A DNA stretch of 41,361 nucleotides from a virus: IMG/VR virus record IMGVR_UViG_3300037308_000077, positions 1 through 41,361 of that record, one strand, 5' to 3'. Position numbers and translations under genes: made by a program. Shown one piece after another: positions 24,375 through 32,746 of the stretch (within the stretch, counting starts at the first letter, position 1; each line of letters opens with the position of its first letter). The notes under the pieces were generated by a model. It worked only from the letters and a program-made list of their open reading frames with translations. It did not search any database and had not been told where the DNA came from.

Positions 24375-25154
24375 TCAAATGTTGATGTTCACAAGTGCAA
24401 GCTCACCGGCCGCCGCACTTGATAAGAACTTACTTCCCGACAATGCGATTGTGTCGGATCCATCGGCACTCTTTCGGAAGGCGCCAGCGACTTCAGGCGA
24501 AACCGCAACGGCGCGCACATAAACAGGATCCTCGGCAACAACCGCCTCTTCAACCTTCACCCAGATAACACCGCGCCGAAGAACGTTCACGGCCGATTGT
24601 GCCGCGTAACCTTCCAAGCCGTTGTTGATATTGTCAGCATGAGAGAAAACGGAAACGCCGATCACCTTGTCGCTGGTTGCGGCCAAAAGGCGGCACTCTT
24701 GATCCTGCGTTCCTTGAGCAACGGCCAGGCCGAACCCAACAACGGGATGTGCAACGAAGGCGGTGTCATTCACAAGCGTAAGCTGCGCGTCGGATTCGGC
24801 GGCGGTGAAGTCTTGGCCGGCAAGCCGTGCCTCAACATAAAATTCATCGGCATCTTTCGCGTAAGCGAAGCAATACAGCTTTGCCGCGCTGGCGTTGATT
24901 GCGGCAATGAGGCCGTCACGCTTCGAAGTCACGGTGCCAGCGGCGCCTTCATTGAAGCTGATCGCAGTGACAACGCCAGTTGGCGAAGTCAAAGAAAGTG
25001 CATAAGCAACATCGGTTGCGGCCGACACCGTGAAGGTATACCGCTTTTTGATCGAATTGCCGTTGATGTAAGAACGCACAAAAGAATCGCTGATATCACC
25101 GAGAAGACCGGCAACCGCGATTGCCATTGCGGCCGAGTAATTCAATTGACTCAT
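24375..25154 (-). CDS. Capsid-associated protein (decoration/second head protein by position)
   Basis: 259-aa ORF between the scaffold and major capsid genes. Confidence 0.45.
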   Translation of the reverse strand: MSQLNYSAAMAIAVAGLLGDISDSFVRSYINGNSIKKRYTFTVSAATDVAYALSLTSPTGVVTAISFNEGAAGTVTSKRDGLIAAINASAAKLYCFAYAKDADEFYVEARLAGQDFTAAESDAQLTLVNDTAFVAHPVVGFGLAVAQGTQDQECRLLAATSDKVIGVSVFSHADNINNGLEGYAAQSAVNVLRRGVIWVKVEEAVVAEDPVYVRAVAVSPEVAGAFRKSADGSDTIALSGSKFLSSAAAGELALVNINI

Positions 25155-25167
25155 GGCTTAACTCCTT

Positions 25168-26295
25168 TCACTTGTTAGTTTTCCATGCTTCCGCATCGGC
25201 CTTCATGGATCGCTCACGCGCCGTTGCCGCTGAAGAATTATCACACCGAGAATTGTTGATTGCCGACTTCAGGCCGTCATTGGTTGAAGGCTTCACCGAG
25301 GTGATGCCAGCAAAGAGGCCGTCAATGAAGGCATCGGTTGCGCCGTCAAGCTTGACTTCTGGAAGCCGAACCTTGATCACCTCAACCTTGATCTCTTTGT
25401 CTGAAAGAGAGTCGAATTTGACATCTGGCGCAAGCGGCTTGACCAGTTCGAGTAAGGCAAGTCTCGCCATTGCGGCCTCATGGATCCTTTTGGAATCCAT
25501 TTTTGTTTCTTCAAGTTCGCCTTTCATCGAATCGACTTCAGCAACCTTTGCATCAACCTCGGCTTTCAGGCCGGTGTTTTCGCCTTTCAATCTTTCAACT
25601 TCTGACTGAAGCGTGCTCAGTTGTGCGCTGATCTCTTCGATGCTCATGGCGTCTTTCCTGAACTTCGAAGTCACCGCAAGCGCGGCGGCTTCGCTCATTT
25701 CCAATTCAATTTCATCGATCCTGACCTTAGACATTGGAGATCTCCCATCTTGGCTTTCAACTTGAACGGCGGCGCCGCCATCCATTCTAACCCTGACTTC
25801 TGGCCCTGCGCGGCCTTGAGAAACAACCGCAAGGTGATTGTACCGAACGTTGCGTTGAATTGCGTCATATGGCTGATTGTCATACATCCCGGCGGTTTCA
25901 TCAAGATCGCAAGTGTAACCACAACTTGTTTCAAGCTTTTCTCGGTTCTCAAGCTTCGCGATCAAGTCTTGCGCCGTGACTGTGATGTTGCACTTCACAA
26001 AGTGCTCAACCCGTTCAACCGTTTCGCCAGTGAAACCCTTGGCGTACATTTCGGTATTGAGTGCGTTCAAAAGCACCGGCGGGTGTTCGTCGGTGACGGT
26101 GACACCGCGAAGGGTTGCCAAGCTTTCCTCGGCAAAGACTTCATCGGCTGGCCTCAATTCCCGGCGCACGGTGCCATCGGCGTTGGCATACAGGAAAACG
26201 CCAACCCTGGTTGCGAAGCAATCGGCCTTGAGATAACCCTGCGCGGTTTTCTCTGGCCGTCTCATTTCGCCGAAGTCAATCCGTTCAACTCTCAT
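25168..26295 (-). CDS. Scaffold/prohead protein (DUF2213-like) with a C-terminal coiled coil
   Basis: 'GYLKADCFATRVGVFLY.NADGTVRRELRPADEVF...SLATLRGVTVTDEHPP', followed by a coiled-coil C-terminal half. Confidence 0.65.
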   Translation of the reverse strand: MRVERIDFGEMRRPEKTAQGYLKADCFATRVGVFLYANADGTVRRELRPADEVFAEESLATLRGVTVTDEHPPVLLNALNTEMYAKGFTGETVERVEHFVKCNITVTAQDLIAKLENREKLETSCGYTCDLDETAGMYDNQPYDAIQRNVRYNHLAVVSQGRAGPEVRVRMDGGAAVQVESQDGRSPMSKVRIDEIELEMSEAAALAVTSKFRKDAMSIEEISAQLSTLQSEVERLKGENTGLKAEVDAKVAEVDSMKGELEETKMDSKRIHEAAMARLALLELVKPLAPDVKFDSLSDKEIKVEVIKVRLPEVKLDGATDAFIDGLFAGITSVKPSTNDGLKSAINNSRCDNSSAATARERSMKADAEAWKTNK

Positions 26296-26340
26296 TCAAC
26301 ACCTCTTGATGCCTTCTCATACCATATTCAAGCAATCACT

Positions 26341-28272
26341 TCACTTTTTCAACAAGGCCGCCAATTCGGGGTTGTCGGTGACGCCTTCGTCGAAGACGGG
26401 TTGCGCGATGCAACGACAATTGCTAACAATCACATCATCGGCAATGTACCAGCCTTTTCTAGTTTCGAGGTTATAGACGTGGCCAGAAAATTCACTGAAA
26501 GTAACATTTTGTACGCGATCAGACTTATAAAAAGCGGCGCGTTGCTCAAGGACATCGCTCAATCGCTTGGAGTCAACGCCGACAATCTCGGCAAGAAACT
26601 GAGAGAAAGAGGGATCGACACTTCCGTCAACCGATTCAATCGGGATTGTTCGCCGATCAACTTGTGTCATGATTCTGTCATATCGGCCTACATTTTCGGA
26701 GAAAGTGAGTTGTCTATAAGTAAGCGACTCGGTGTTAGTCGCACGCCGATCCGCCGAATCATTCGGAAACACGGGATCGGTGTCAGAGGCATAAGCAAGG
26801 CCAACTTTCTCAGAATGGCTCGGCTTTCTTCTGAAGAAAGGAAGGCGCTCACAAAGCAAGCCAATGTTGCGACAAAAGGCACCAAGAGAAGAGAAGAAAC
26901 CAATATCAAAAGAGCGAATGTGAAAGCCAGAAGAATCGGCATTGGGGAAAAAGAGTTGATTCAATTTTTCCATGACGCCGGCCTTGAAACCGATCCTCAA
27001 ACCCCGATTAACACATACAATATTGATATCACTGTCGGCACCGTCGCCGTGGAAGTGTTCTTTTGTGACTTTCGCCGAATAAGAATGAAACACTTCAGAA
27101 AGAAATCTGAAAAAATACAAGAATGTGGTTTTAACCTTGTCAATATTCTCTTCAGCGATATCGACGCCATTATCAACCAAAAGGATCAAATCATCGAACT
27201 CGTTAAGCTCTTGAGCCTTGACCCAACCGCGCCGCGTCAAGAATGGATGATTAGGTGTACATCTAATCGTTTTACCCGATTGCGTAACAACAAGGGCCAG
27301 TTTTCCGTCATACCATCGGCGAAAACCTTTGATTGTATCAAGACAAAGATCAATTGAAACATCGCCGGGAAAGCACTGAAAGTCTTCGCCGGGATGGCCG
27401 GTGTCGGCTGGCGGATCGTCCCAACTGAAGATCTTGCCGTTCTTGGAGGCGTGACTTTCCCGAACCCGATCATCACCGGAAGTCAACCAGCGGTATTTTG
27501 TCACGCCGAGCGCGGTTTGTCTGGTTTGGTTCAGTTGGCCGTTGTATTTTGAGATCTGATCCCGTGCGATCAAGCGCGATCTGGCCTCGGCGTTATGCAC
27601 TCGGTTCTTGAGTGCGCCGGCTTCGAACTGATTCTTGTATTCTTCGGCGAACTCTGAAGTCAGCTTTTTGGCATATTCTTTGTTGTAAACACCAGCTTGA
27701 ATGTGTTCATAAGTGTCACGTTGAAGCTTCGCAAAATAATCATCAGAAATTGAACGGATCAGCGAAGTGTTAGTGTCAACAAATTGCCGCATAACCGGTT
27801 CAAGGTATGGCTCGGCAGTGATTGGCTTCACTCCAAGAACCTTGCCAAACTGATCGGCAATTTGTTCCTTGTTAAAAGCTTGACCTTTTGCGGCATATTT
27901 TGCCGCCAGCGCGTTGACTTCTCGATCAGTGAGTTCGCGCGCAAAGGCGACTTTCATCGCCTCAAAAACCCGGTCAATTTCGCGTGAATAATTGGCGTCA
28001 CGCCGTACCGCCTGGCCGTCAAAGGTTTTGGTTGGCGCCAGTTCTTCGCGTGCGGTGTCGAGGATCGCCGGAAGCAAAGGCACAAGGTTCTTTTCCACCA
28101 GCTTGGCCAGCGGTATCACAACCTGGTCGGTCAAGTCTTTGAGGTATTGGCGCTCAAGCTGGATCGGCGGCCGAGGTTTTGGCGGCCTCGGAAGCCGCAA
28201 CCGTTTGGCGCGCGGCGAAAGGCTTCGCGCCTTCATCATCAAAACGGTTTCCACAATCGTCTTCATGGTCAT
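26341..28272 (-). CDS. Head morphogenesis protein (Mu F / SPP1 gp7 family) precursor containing a 319-aa intein
   Basis: 'YRWLTSGDDRVRESHASKNGKIFSWDDPPADTGHPGEDFQ' is followed by the intein and then 'CRCIAQPVF' (the conserved ...PG...CRC motif of the family). Confidence 0.85.
   Translation of the reverse strand: MTMKTIVETVLMMKARSLSPRAKRLRLPRPPKPRPPIQLERQYLKDLTDQVVIPLAKLVEKNLVPLLPAILDTAREELAPTKTFDGQAVRRDANYSREIDRVFEAMKVAFARELTDREVNALAAKYAAKGQAFNKEQIADQFGKVLGVKPITAEPYLEPVMRQFVDTNTSLIRSISDDYFAKLQRDTYEHIQAGVYNKEYAKKLTSEFAEEYKNQFEAGALKNRVHNAEARSRLIARDQISKYNGQLNQTRQTALGVTKYRWLTSGDDRVRESHASKNGKIFSWDDPPADTGHPGEDFQCFPGDVSIDLCLDTIKGFRRWYDGKLALVVTQSGKTIRCTPNHPFLTRRGWVKAQELNEFDDLILLVDNGVDIAEENIDKVKTTFLYFFRFLSEVFHSYSAKVTKEHFHGDGADSDINIVCVNRGLRIGFKAGVMEKLNQLFFPNADSSGFHIRSFDIGFFSSLGAFCRNIGLLCERLPFFRRKPSHSEKVGLAYASDTDPVFPNDSADRRATNTESLTYRQLTFSENVGRYDRIMTQVDRRTIPIESVDGSVDPSFSQFLAEIVGVDSKRLSDVLEQRAAFYKSDRVQNVTFSEFSGHVYNLETRKGWYIADDVIVSNCRCIAQPVFDEGVTDNPELAALLKK
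26419..27375 (-). mobile_element. Intein (Hint domain; Cys1 ... Ser-Asn / +1 Cys) inserted before the CRC motif of the Mu-F-like protein
   Basis: Block A 'CFPGDVSI', block B 'IRCTPNHPFLTRRGW', blocks F/G 'HVYNLETRKGWYIADDVIVSN|C'. Removing it restores 'GEDFQ-CRCIAQP'. Confidence 0.8.
26479..27357 (+). CDS. Antisense homing-endonuclease-like ORF nested inside the intein (2 HTH repeats + NUMOD3-like basic stretch + Vsr/DUF559-like PD-(D/E)XK pattern)
   Basis: GAGG at 26467-26470, then 8 nt, then GTG at 26479. HTH repeats are 'LKDIAQSLGVNADNLGKKLRERGI' and 'LSISKRLGVSRTPIRRIIRKHGI'. The nuclease-like part is 'EKELIQFFHDAGLETDPQTPINTYNIDITVGTVAVEV...ECGFNLVNILFSDID'. The start is uncertain because there is no in-frame ATG until 26818. 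Confidence 0.55.
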   Translation: MARKFTESNILYAIRLIKSGALLKDIAQSLGVNADNLGKKLRERGIDTSVNRFNRDCSPINLCHDSVISAYIFGESELSISKRLGVSRTPIRRIIRKHGIGVRGISKANFLRMARLSSEERKALTKQANVATKGTKRREETNIKRANVKARRIGIGEKELIQFFHDAGLETDPQTPINTYNIDITVGTVAVEVFFCDFRRIRMKHFRKKSEKIQECGFNLVNILFSDIDAIINQKDQIIELVKLLSLDPTAPRQEWMIRCTSNRFTRLRNNKGQFSVIPSAKTFDCIKTKIN

Positions 28273-30074
28273 CCCTTCAGCGTGCCGATCACCGCCTTGA
28301 TGCCTTCGCGAAGTTCAATCGTCTTCAAAGAACCCTCGACAAATTCTTCAGGTTCTCGTTGCCTAACGCGCCAGCTTTCGGCCGTCTCATCGATGCCGGG
28401 GTTGGTTTCAACCTTGAAGCCGTGCGCGGTGACCCAAGCGGCAACGGCCGAGCGATCCCTGAAGTTCTCTTTGCTCATGATTAAGCTTTGCACTTCCGTT
28501 GCGTCACCGTGCTTTGCGTGAACGAGATCCCGAAGAAAGAACACCGAGTCAAGGGTTGGCACGGGTTCCGGCGCAATCGTAACCTTCGGTTCGAATCCGG
28601 CGCCAACCGTTCCCATCACTGATTCCGCTTTTTCTTTTGTCATTGCAAAGGCGGCCTGAATTATGGCCAAGCCGGATTCACGCGGCAAAGCGCCAGCGGC
28701 AACCGAAGTGATCACTTCCACGAGGCTTGTCACTTGCGCGCCGTTCAATGCTGTTTCCTGTATTGGCGCATCGATGGCGCCAGCGGAAACAGGTTCGGAT
28801 CCGAACTCGGTCACTTCCCGAATGTTGGTGTTCAATTGGATCTCGGAGTCTTCGCCGCCAAAGCGCGCCTTGGCGACTTCATCAGGATCCAGCACGCCGT
28901 TGCTGATATAGATCGCGTCGGCCTCAGCTTGCGTCTTGTAAGTGCTGGCGGCCTCTTGTTCGTCAAGACTCCAAAGCGGCCAATATTTGATTGTCACCTT
29001 GTCCATGTCAACAGGCACGCCGTCTTTCGCAAGCGTGATGTATTCGATCAGCTTCATTTGCTTAGGCTTGAGATATGTTTGCTGTTCATGAGATATCAGG
29101 TTATAAAAATCCTCTTGCTCACTTCGGCCGCTTGTGTTTCCTTGCGAACCTTCACCGAGCAAGATTGTGTGCGGCATATCGGAAGCGGCAACCAGGCGTT
29201 CGGAAATGGCCTTCAGGATCTCAGGCAATCCCGTAAGGTTAGTTGTTTGCCTTGTAAATTCTTCATCGTCTTGAATCACAAGCGCGCGAACAACCGAGCG
29301 GGTTGCATCCAAAAGCTGAAGGCGTTTCATTAGAAGGTCATCGTCACCGGAAGCGATCAAGTCGGAAAGGTTTTTCAGCTTGAACACCGCCTGCGCGAAG
29401 TCGGCCATAACGTTCGCCGCCGAATCGTGCGCGGTGTTGAAGTTTGAAAGCGGGTTGTACATCGCCGAAAGAACCGAATCTCCCCAATAATTATTGGCGA
29501 CAAAACTGTTCTCTGGAAGCTCAATTCCATCGAAGCGAATCACGCGCGAAGCGTGAACATAAGTCGAGTTTTGATCGCTGTTTGCTGATATCTGATACCG
29601 CATTGGCAAGCCATAATCAGGCTTGCTCAAGTCTTGCTGGATCTCATGTGCAATCAACTGCCAACGATCCAGCACGGCCAGCCATTCGATTGACCGGATC
29701 GCCTTTGTGTTCACCGGTTCGGAAGGTTCTTGACCGTCTTCGATACCGAGGATCACGCCTGCGCCGCCGTGAAGCCTGGCCAAAGTGATGGCCTTGCGAA
29801 AGGCTTCATCGGCGTTCAGGCGCCGAAGGTATTGCAGGATCGCTTGCCCGGCTTCCGGCTTGTCTTCAACCTTGACATCGTAACCTTCTCGAAACATTTC
29901 CTTCGGCACGCGCGCGACAACCTTCCGGGCAACGTCATCGGCGCGGAATAGATCTTCCAGTTCTTGTCGCTGCAACAACTTCGGCACCGGCGCCGAAGAC
30001 ATGCGCTTGTCGCGACTTGCCAGGCCGAGGCCAGTAAGAACGTTTGTCCAACCGTCAACTCGTTTGATCATCAC
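28269..30074 (-). CDS. Portal protein (DUF1073-type)
   Basis: 601 aa between TerL and the Mu-F-like gene. The N-terminus is 'DGWTNVLTGLGLASRDKR...'. ATG at 30071 or GTG at 30074 could be the start. Confidence 0.8.
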   Translation of the reverse strand: MMIKRVDGWTNVLTGLGLASRDKRMSSAPVPKLLQRQELEDLFRADDVARKVVARVPKEMFREGYDVKVEDKPEAGQAILQYLRRLNADEAFRKAITLARLHGGAGVILGIEDGQEPSEPVNTKAIRSIEWLAVLDRWQLIAHEIQQDLSKPDYGLPMRYQISANSDQNSTYVHASRVIRFDGIELPENSFVANNYWGDSVLSAMYNPLSNFNTAHDSAANVMADFAQAVFKLKNLSDLIASGDDDLLMKRLQLLDATRSVVRALVIQDDEEFTRQTTNLTGLPEILKAISERLVAASDMPHTILLGEGSQGNTSGRSEQEDFYNLISHEQQTYLKPKQMKLIEYITLAKDGVPVDMDKVTIKYWPLWSLDEQEAASTYKTQAEADAIYISNGVLDPDEVAKARFGGEDSEIQLNTNIREVTEFGSEPVSAGAIDAPIQETALNGAQVTSLVEVITSVAAGALPRESGLAIIQAAFAMTKEKAESVMGTVGAGFEPKVTIAPEPVPTLDSVFFLRDLVHAKHGDATEVQSLIMSKENFRDRSAVAAWVTAHGFKVETNPGIDETAESWRVRQREPEEFVEGSLKTIELREGIKAVIGTLKG

Positions 30075-30337
30075 TTCACCTCAATCGGTTTTGAAGGCTT
30101 CCACAAGGCCCAAGTCTTGCCGGCATCGAAAAAGGCGAAGTCGCCAATATCAACTTCAAGCTCGGATTGGCTTGTGCGCTCAATCGTGATCCGTTCGTTC
30201 TTAATCAAGAACAATTCTGAACCTTGTCGGCGCACTCGGCAACACATGAAGTTTTTCCCGTGCTTTCGTTCAACGCGGTATAGCTTGCCATACCTTGTTG
30301 ATTCAACCAATTCTTCAACCGTTCGATGATACAACAT
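30071..30337 (-). CDS. Hypothetical protein between TerL and portal
   Basis: 88-aa ORF, tightly coupled on both sides. Confidence 0.5.
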   Translation of the reverse strand: MLYHRTVEELVESTRYGKLYRVERKHGKNFMCCRVRRQGSELFLIKNERITIERTSQSELEVDIGDFAFFDAGKTWALWKPSKPIEVK

Positions 30338-30340
30338 ATT

Positions 30341-32746
30341 TCAATCTTTCAGCAAATTCCGAAGCCGATCCGTTGCGCTTCCGCCAAGGTGAAGGATCGC
30401 CTGACTCATGGCGTCAACGTCGTCGTCATGGTCAACGTTCGGGAAGTTCTCACACACATCGATGAACTGATTCACCCAAGGCGCCAGATCCGGCGCCGGA
30501 AGGTACAGGTTTCCGCTTTCCTGGTATGGCGCGATTGCGTTCGCGCGCGCCGTCTTGCCGCCGTGCGGTTCAACCAGGATCAGGCCCGGCACTTGGTGTT
30601 TGAGGTGATCCACAACGGCATCACCGTTTGCCTTGGCTTCAACCAGCTTCCGCCTGACTTGCGGCCATTTTGCCGTCATGTTCTTGATGGCCTCACAAGA
30701 CTCGGTGAATGAGAGTCGTTTGCAGATCCGATCAACAAGATAAAAGTCGGCGCCGCACTTGGCCCAGATATGACCAGCAACGAAGTCGGAAGTGACTTTG
30801 TTCTTGAAAGCGAGATCCCAAGATTGACAAATGGCATCGAATTTTTCTGGAAGTTTTCGCCAATATTGCCAGGCTTGTGACTTGAAGATATTGCCGCCAG
30901 CAACCGAAGGCCTTTGTTGGAAAAGCGCCGACCATGCGCGTTGACCGATTGAAGAACGGATCGCTTCAAGCCGCTTCAAGTCATATTTGTTAGGCCAAAG
31001 AGGATCGCCGACTTCGCGCTGATCGTCGGGATGTTTTGGGTTTTCGCAGATCGCCGGAAGGTTGAGAACAACCCATTGATCGGCGGTATGGTCGGATTCG
31101 GCAACGGACAACAGGCGGCCGGCAAGATCGTCTTGATGCCAGCGCGTCATCACAAGGCAAACCTTTCCGTTCTTTTCCAACCGAGTGTATGCCGTTGTTG
31201 TATACCAATCCCAAACTTTTTGCCGCATGGTCGGCGAATCGGCTTCTTCTTGGTTCTTGATTGGATCATCGATTAGTAAATAATGACAACCCATACCAGT
31301 GACACCGCCGCCAACGCCGGCGCTTCGGTATTGGCCGCGATATCCAACGATCTCGAACAAGTCGGAGTTTCTTAGGTATGATCCTGACTGCGTTCGCACG
31401 TTCTCAGAATTAAGTCTTGTCTTAGGAAAGAGCCGCTTGTATTCCGGCAAGTCGATAATCCGTTGCACATCGCGGTTGATCATGCCGGCCAAGTCGGCCG
31501 AGTAAGAACATGAGATCACCTTGGCATCGGGGTTGTTTCCGAAAATGAATGCCGGAAGTCGCCTTGATATTATCTCACTGTTATGTGTTACAACGAACGC
31601 ATGACCGACGAGGAATAATCCGTCATTTCGCTTTACTTGTATACACTTTGTATCGAATCTGAAAGCTGGATATAACTTTAAATATCTATTTTTTCTCATT
31701 TCAGAATCGCGACATTTGATTGCTTTTCTTTTTAATCTTGCCGCGTTTTTCATGTAAAAAGTGACGCGGTATTTTTGGCCATATTCTTTGCCGTCAAGCA
31801 CCGCCATTCCAACCCCGATAAATGCCTTCCTTCCCAAACTCCATACAAGCCGCTGAACTCCAATTGCAAGAGTTTTGCTCATTGAACAAAACTCAACCTG
31901 CCCGTCGTCTGCCACATATCCATCGGTGTCAATTAACCCTTGGAGTAATGCCGTTCTGTCTTCTATGCTTGCCTCAAAGTATATATCTGGAATGTGTTTG
32001 TTCTTCAATAATCCATTGTCTATTAGTAATCTTTGAAGCTTTAAGATCCCCGTTGCAACGCCAGAAGAGTGTCGCCTAAAATCAAAACCGTCTTGCTCAA
32101 TATATTGCTCAATTTCGGATAAGTCTTTTTTACTTTTAGTTATATATCCGAATCTTTGAGCGCCGTCGCCGAGCCATAATCCAAGAGTGTAAGGCGGTAT
32201 TGGCAAAATATTTTTCTTTGTGTCAATTGGTTCACAAATTTTAATCATTGGACAACGTTGCAAATTCCGACTGGCAAGGAACTCAGTTGTGTAATTATTG
32301 AAGACTTTTTTCTTTCTGCAAAGTCTTGCATTCCATATGTGATCTTTGTCTGCAATGATTGGATAATTGTCGTCAGTTTCAACAACATAACAATCTCGAT
32401 TTTTGAATACTTCAGAAACCGCAATAACTTCTGTTGGTTTTCCGTCGATACCGAAAACAAAATCACCAACTGTTAAGTCACCGATTGTTTTCCAGCCATC
32501 AGTTGTCAGTATCGGCGTGAAAACAGCCAAAGCCTTCCCGTGCCGTGGTGCGGTGAAAATCATGAGGCGGTTGAGCCAATCGGTGTGGATGAACTTGTCA
32601 ACGGTGTTGAAGATTGCGCGGTGATGCCAATTGACTTCATAATCAGGAAATGTTGCTTTTGTGAAGAACTCAAGCGAACTTCGCGCAACCTCAAGTTCCA
32701 AAAGCTGCAACATTTCCATGCGATCATGCGGCGAAAAATCAGTCAT
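30341..32746 (-). CDS. terL: Terminase large subunit precursor containing a 318-aa intein in Walker A
   Basis: 'MIFTAPRHGK', the intein, then 'SEIISRR' restores the Walker A motif P-R-x-G-K-S. The C-terminal nuclease half includes 'VCLVMTRWHQDDLAG'. Position next to TerS and portal supports the call. Confidence 0.9.
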   Translation of the reverse strand: MTDFSPHDRMEMLQLLELEVARSSLEFFTKATFPDYEVNWHHRAIFNTVDKFIHTDWLNRLMIFTAPRHGKALAVFTPILTTDGWKTIGDLTVGDFVFGIDGKPTEVIAVSEVFKNRDCYVVETDDNYPIIADKDHIWNARLCRKKKVFNNYTTEFLASRNLQRCPMIKICEPIDTKKNILPIPPYTLGLWLGDGAQRFGYITKSKKDLSEIEQYIEQDGFDFRRHSSGVATGILKLQRLLIDNGLLKNKHIPDIYFEASIEDRTALLQGLIDTDGYVADDGQVEFCSMSKTLAIGVQRLVWSLGRKAFIGVGMAVLDGKEYGQKYRVTFYMKNAARLKRKAIKCRDSEMRKNRYLKLYPAFRFDTKCIQVKRNDGLFLVGHAFVVTHNSEIISRRLPAFIFGNNPDAKVISCSYSADLAGMINRDVQRIIDLPEYKRLFPKTRLNSENVRTQSGSYLRNSDLFEIVGYRGQYRSAGVGGGVTGMGCHYLLIDDPIKNQEEADSPTMRQKVWDWYTTTAYTRLEKNGKVCLVMTRWHQDDLAGRLLSVAESDHTADQWVVLNLPAICENPKHPDDQREVGDPLWPNKYDLKRLEAIRSSIGQRAWSALFQQRPSVAGGNIFKSQAWQYWRKLPEKFDAICQSWDLAFKNKVTSDFVAGHIWAKCGADFYLVDRICKRLSFTESCEAIKNMTAKWPQVRRKLVEAKANGDAVVDHLKHQVPGLILVEPHGGKTARANAIAPYQESGNLYLPAPDLAPWVNQFIDVCENFPNVDHDDDVDAMSQAILHLGGSATDRLRNLLKD
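31580..32533 (-). mobile_element. Class 3-type (Ala1, W-C-T) intein with an in-frame double-motif LAGLIDADG homing endonuclease
   Basis: Starts 'ALAVFTPILTTDGW'. Block B is 'DKDHIW', block F 'TKCIQV', and the end is 'FVVTHN|S'. LAGLIDADG motifs are 'LGLWLGDGAQ' and 'LLQGLIDTDGYV'. The insert is visibly AT-richer than its flanks: 20 G+C in nt 31621-31680 against 30 in nt 31261-31320. Confidence 0.85.

Noticed and set aside
25621-26478. The 5' 40% of the 578-aa + ORF, which overlaps the scaffold gene and the C-extein of the Mu-F-like gene
   Set aside because: This part has no protein-like motifs. It stays open only because both - strand genes are in the same triplet register and avoid TTA, CTA and TCA codons. 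Only the part inside the intein (from about 26479) looks like a real coding sequence.
26419-27375. Possible degenerate LAGLIDADG strings in the - frame of the Mu-F intein ('EHFHGDGADSD' and 'FLAEIVGVDSK')
   Set aside because: Neither is preceded by the hydrophobic helix of true LAGLIDADG motifs. The second lies only ~25 residues before block F, which is the wrong spacing. Both are the exact complements of the + strand nuclease core and HTH1. I keep this as the main alternative hypothesis to test.
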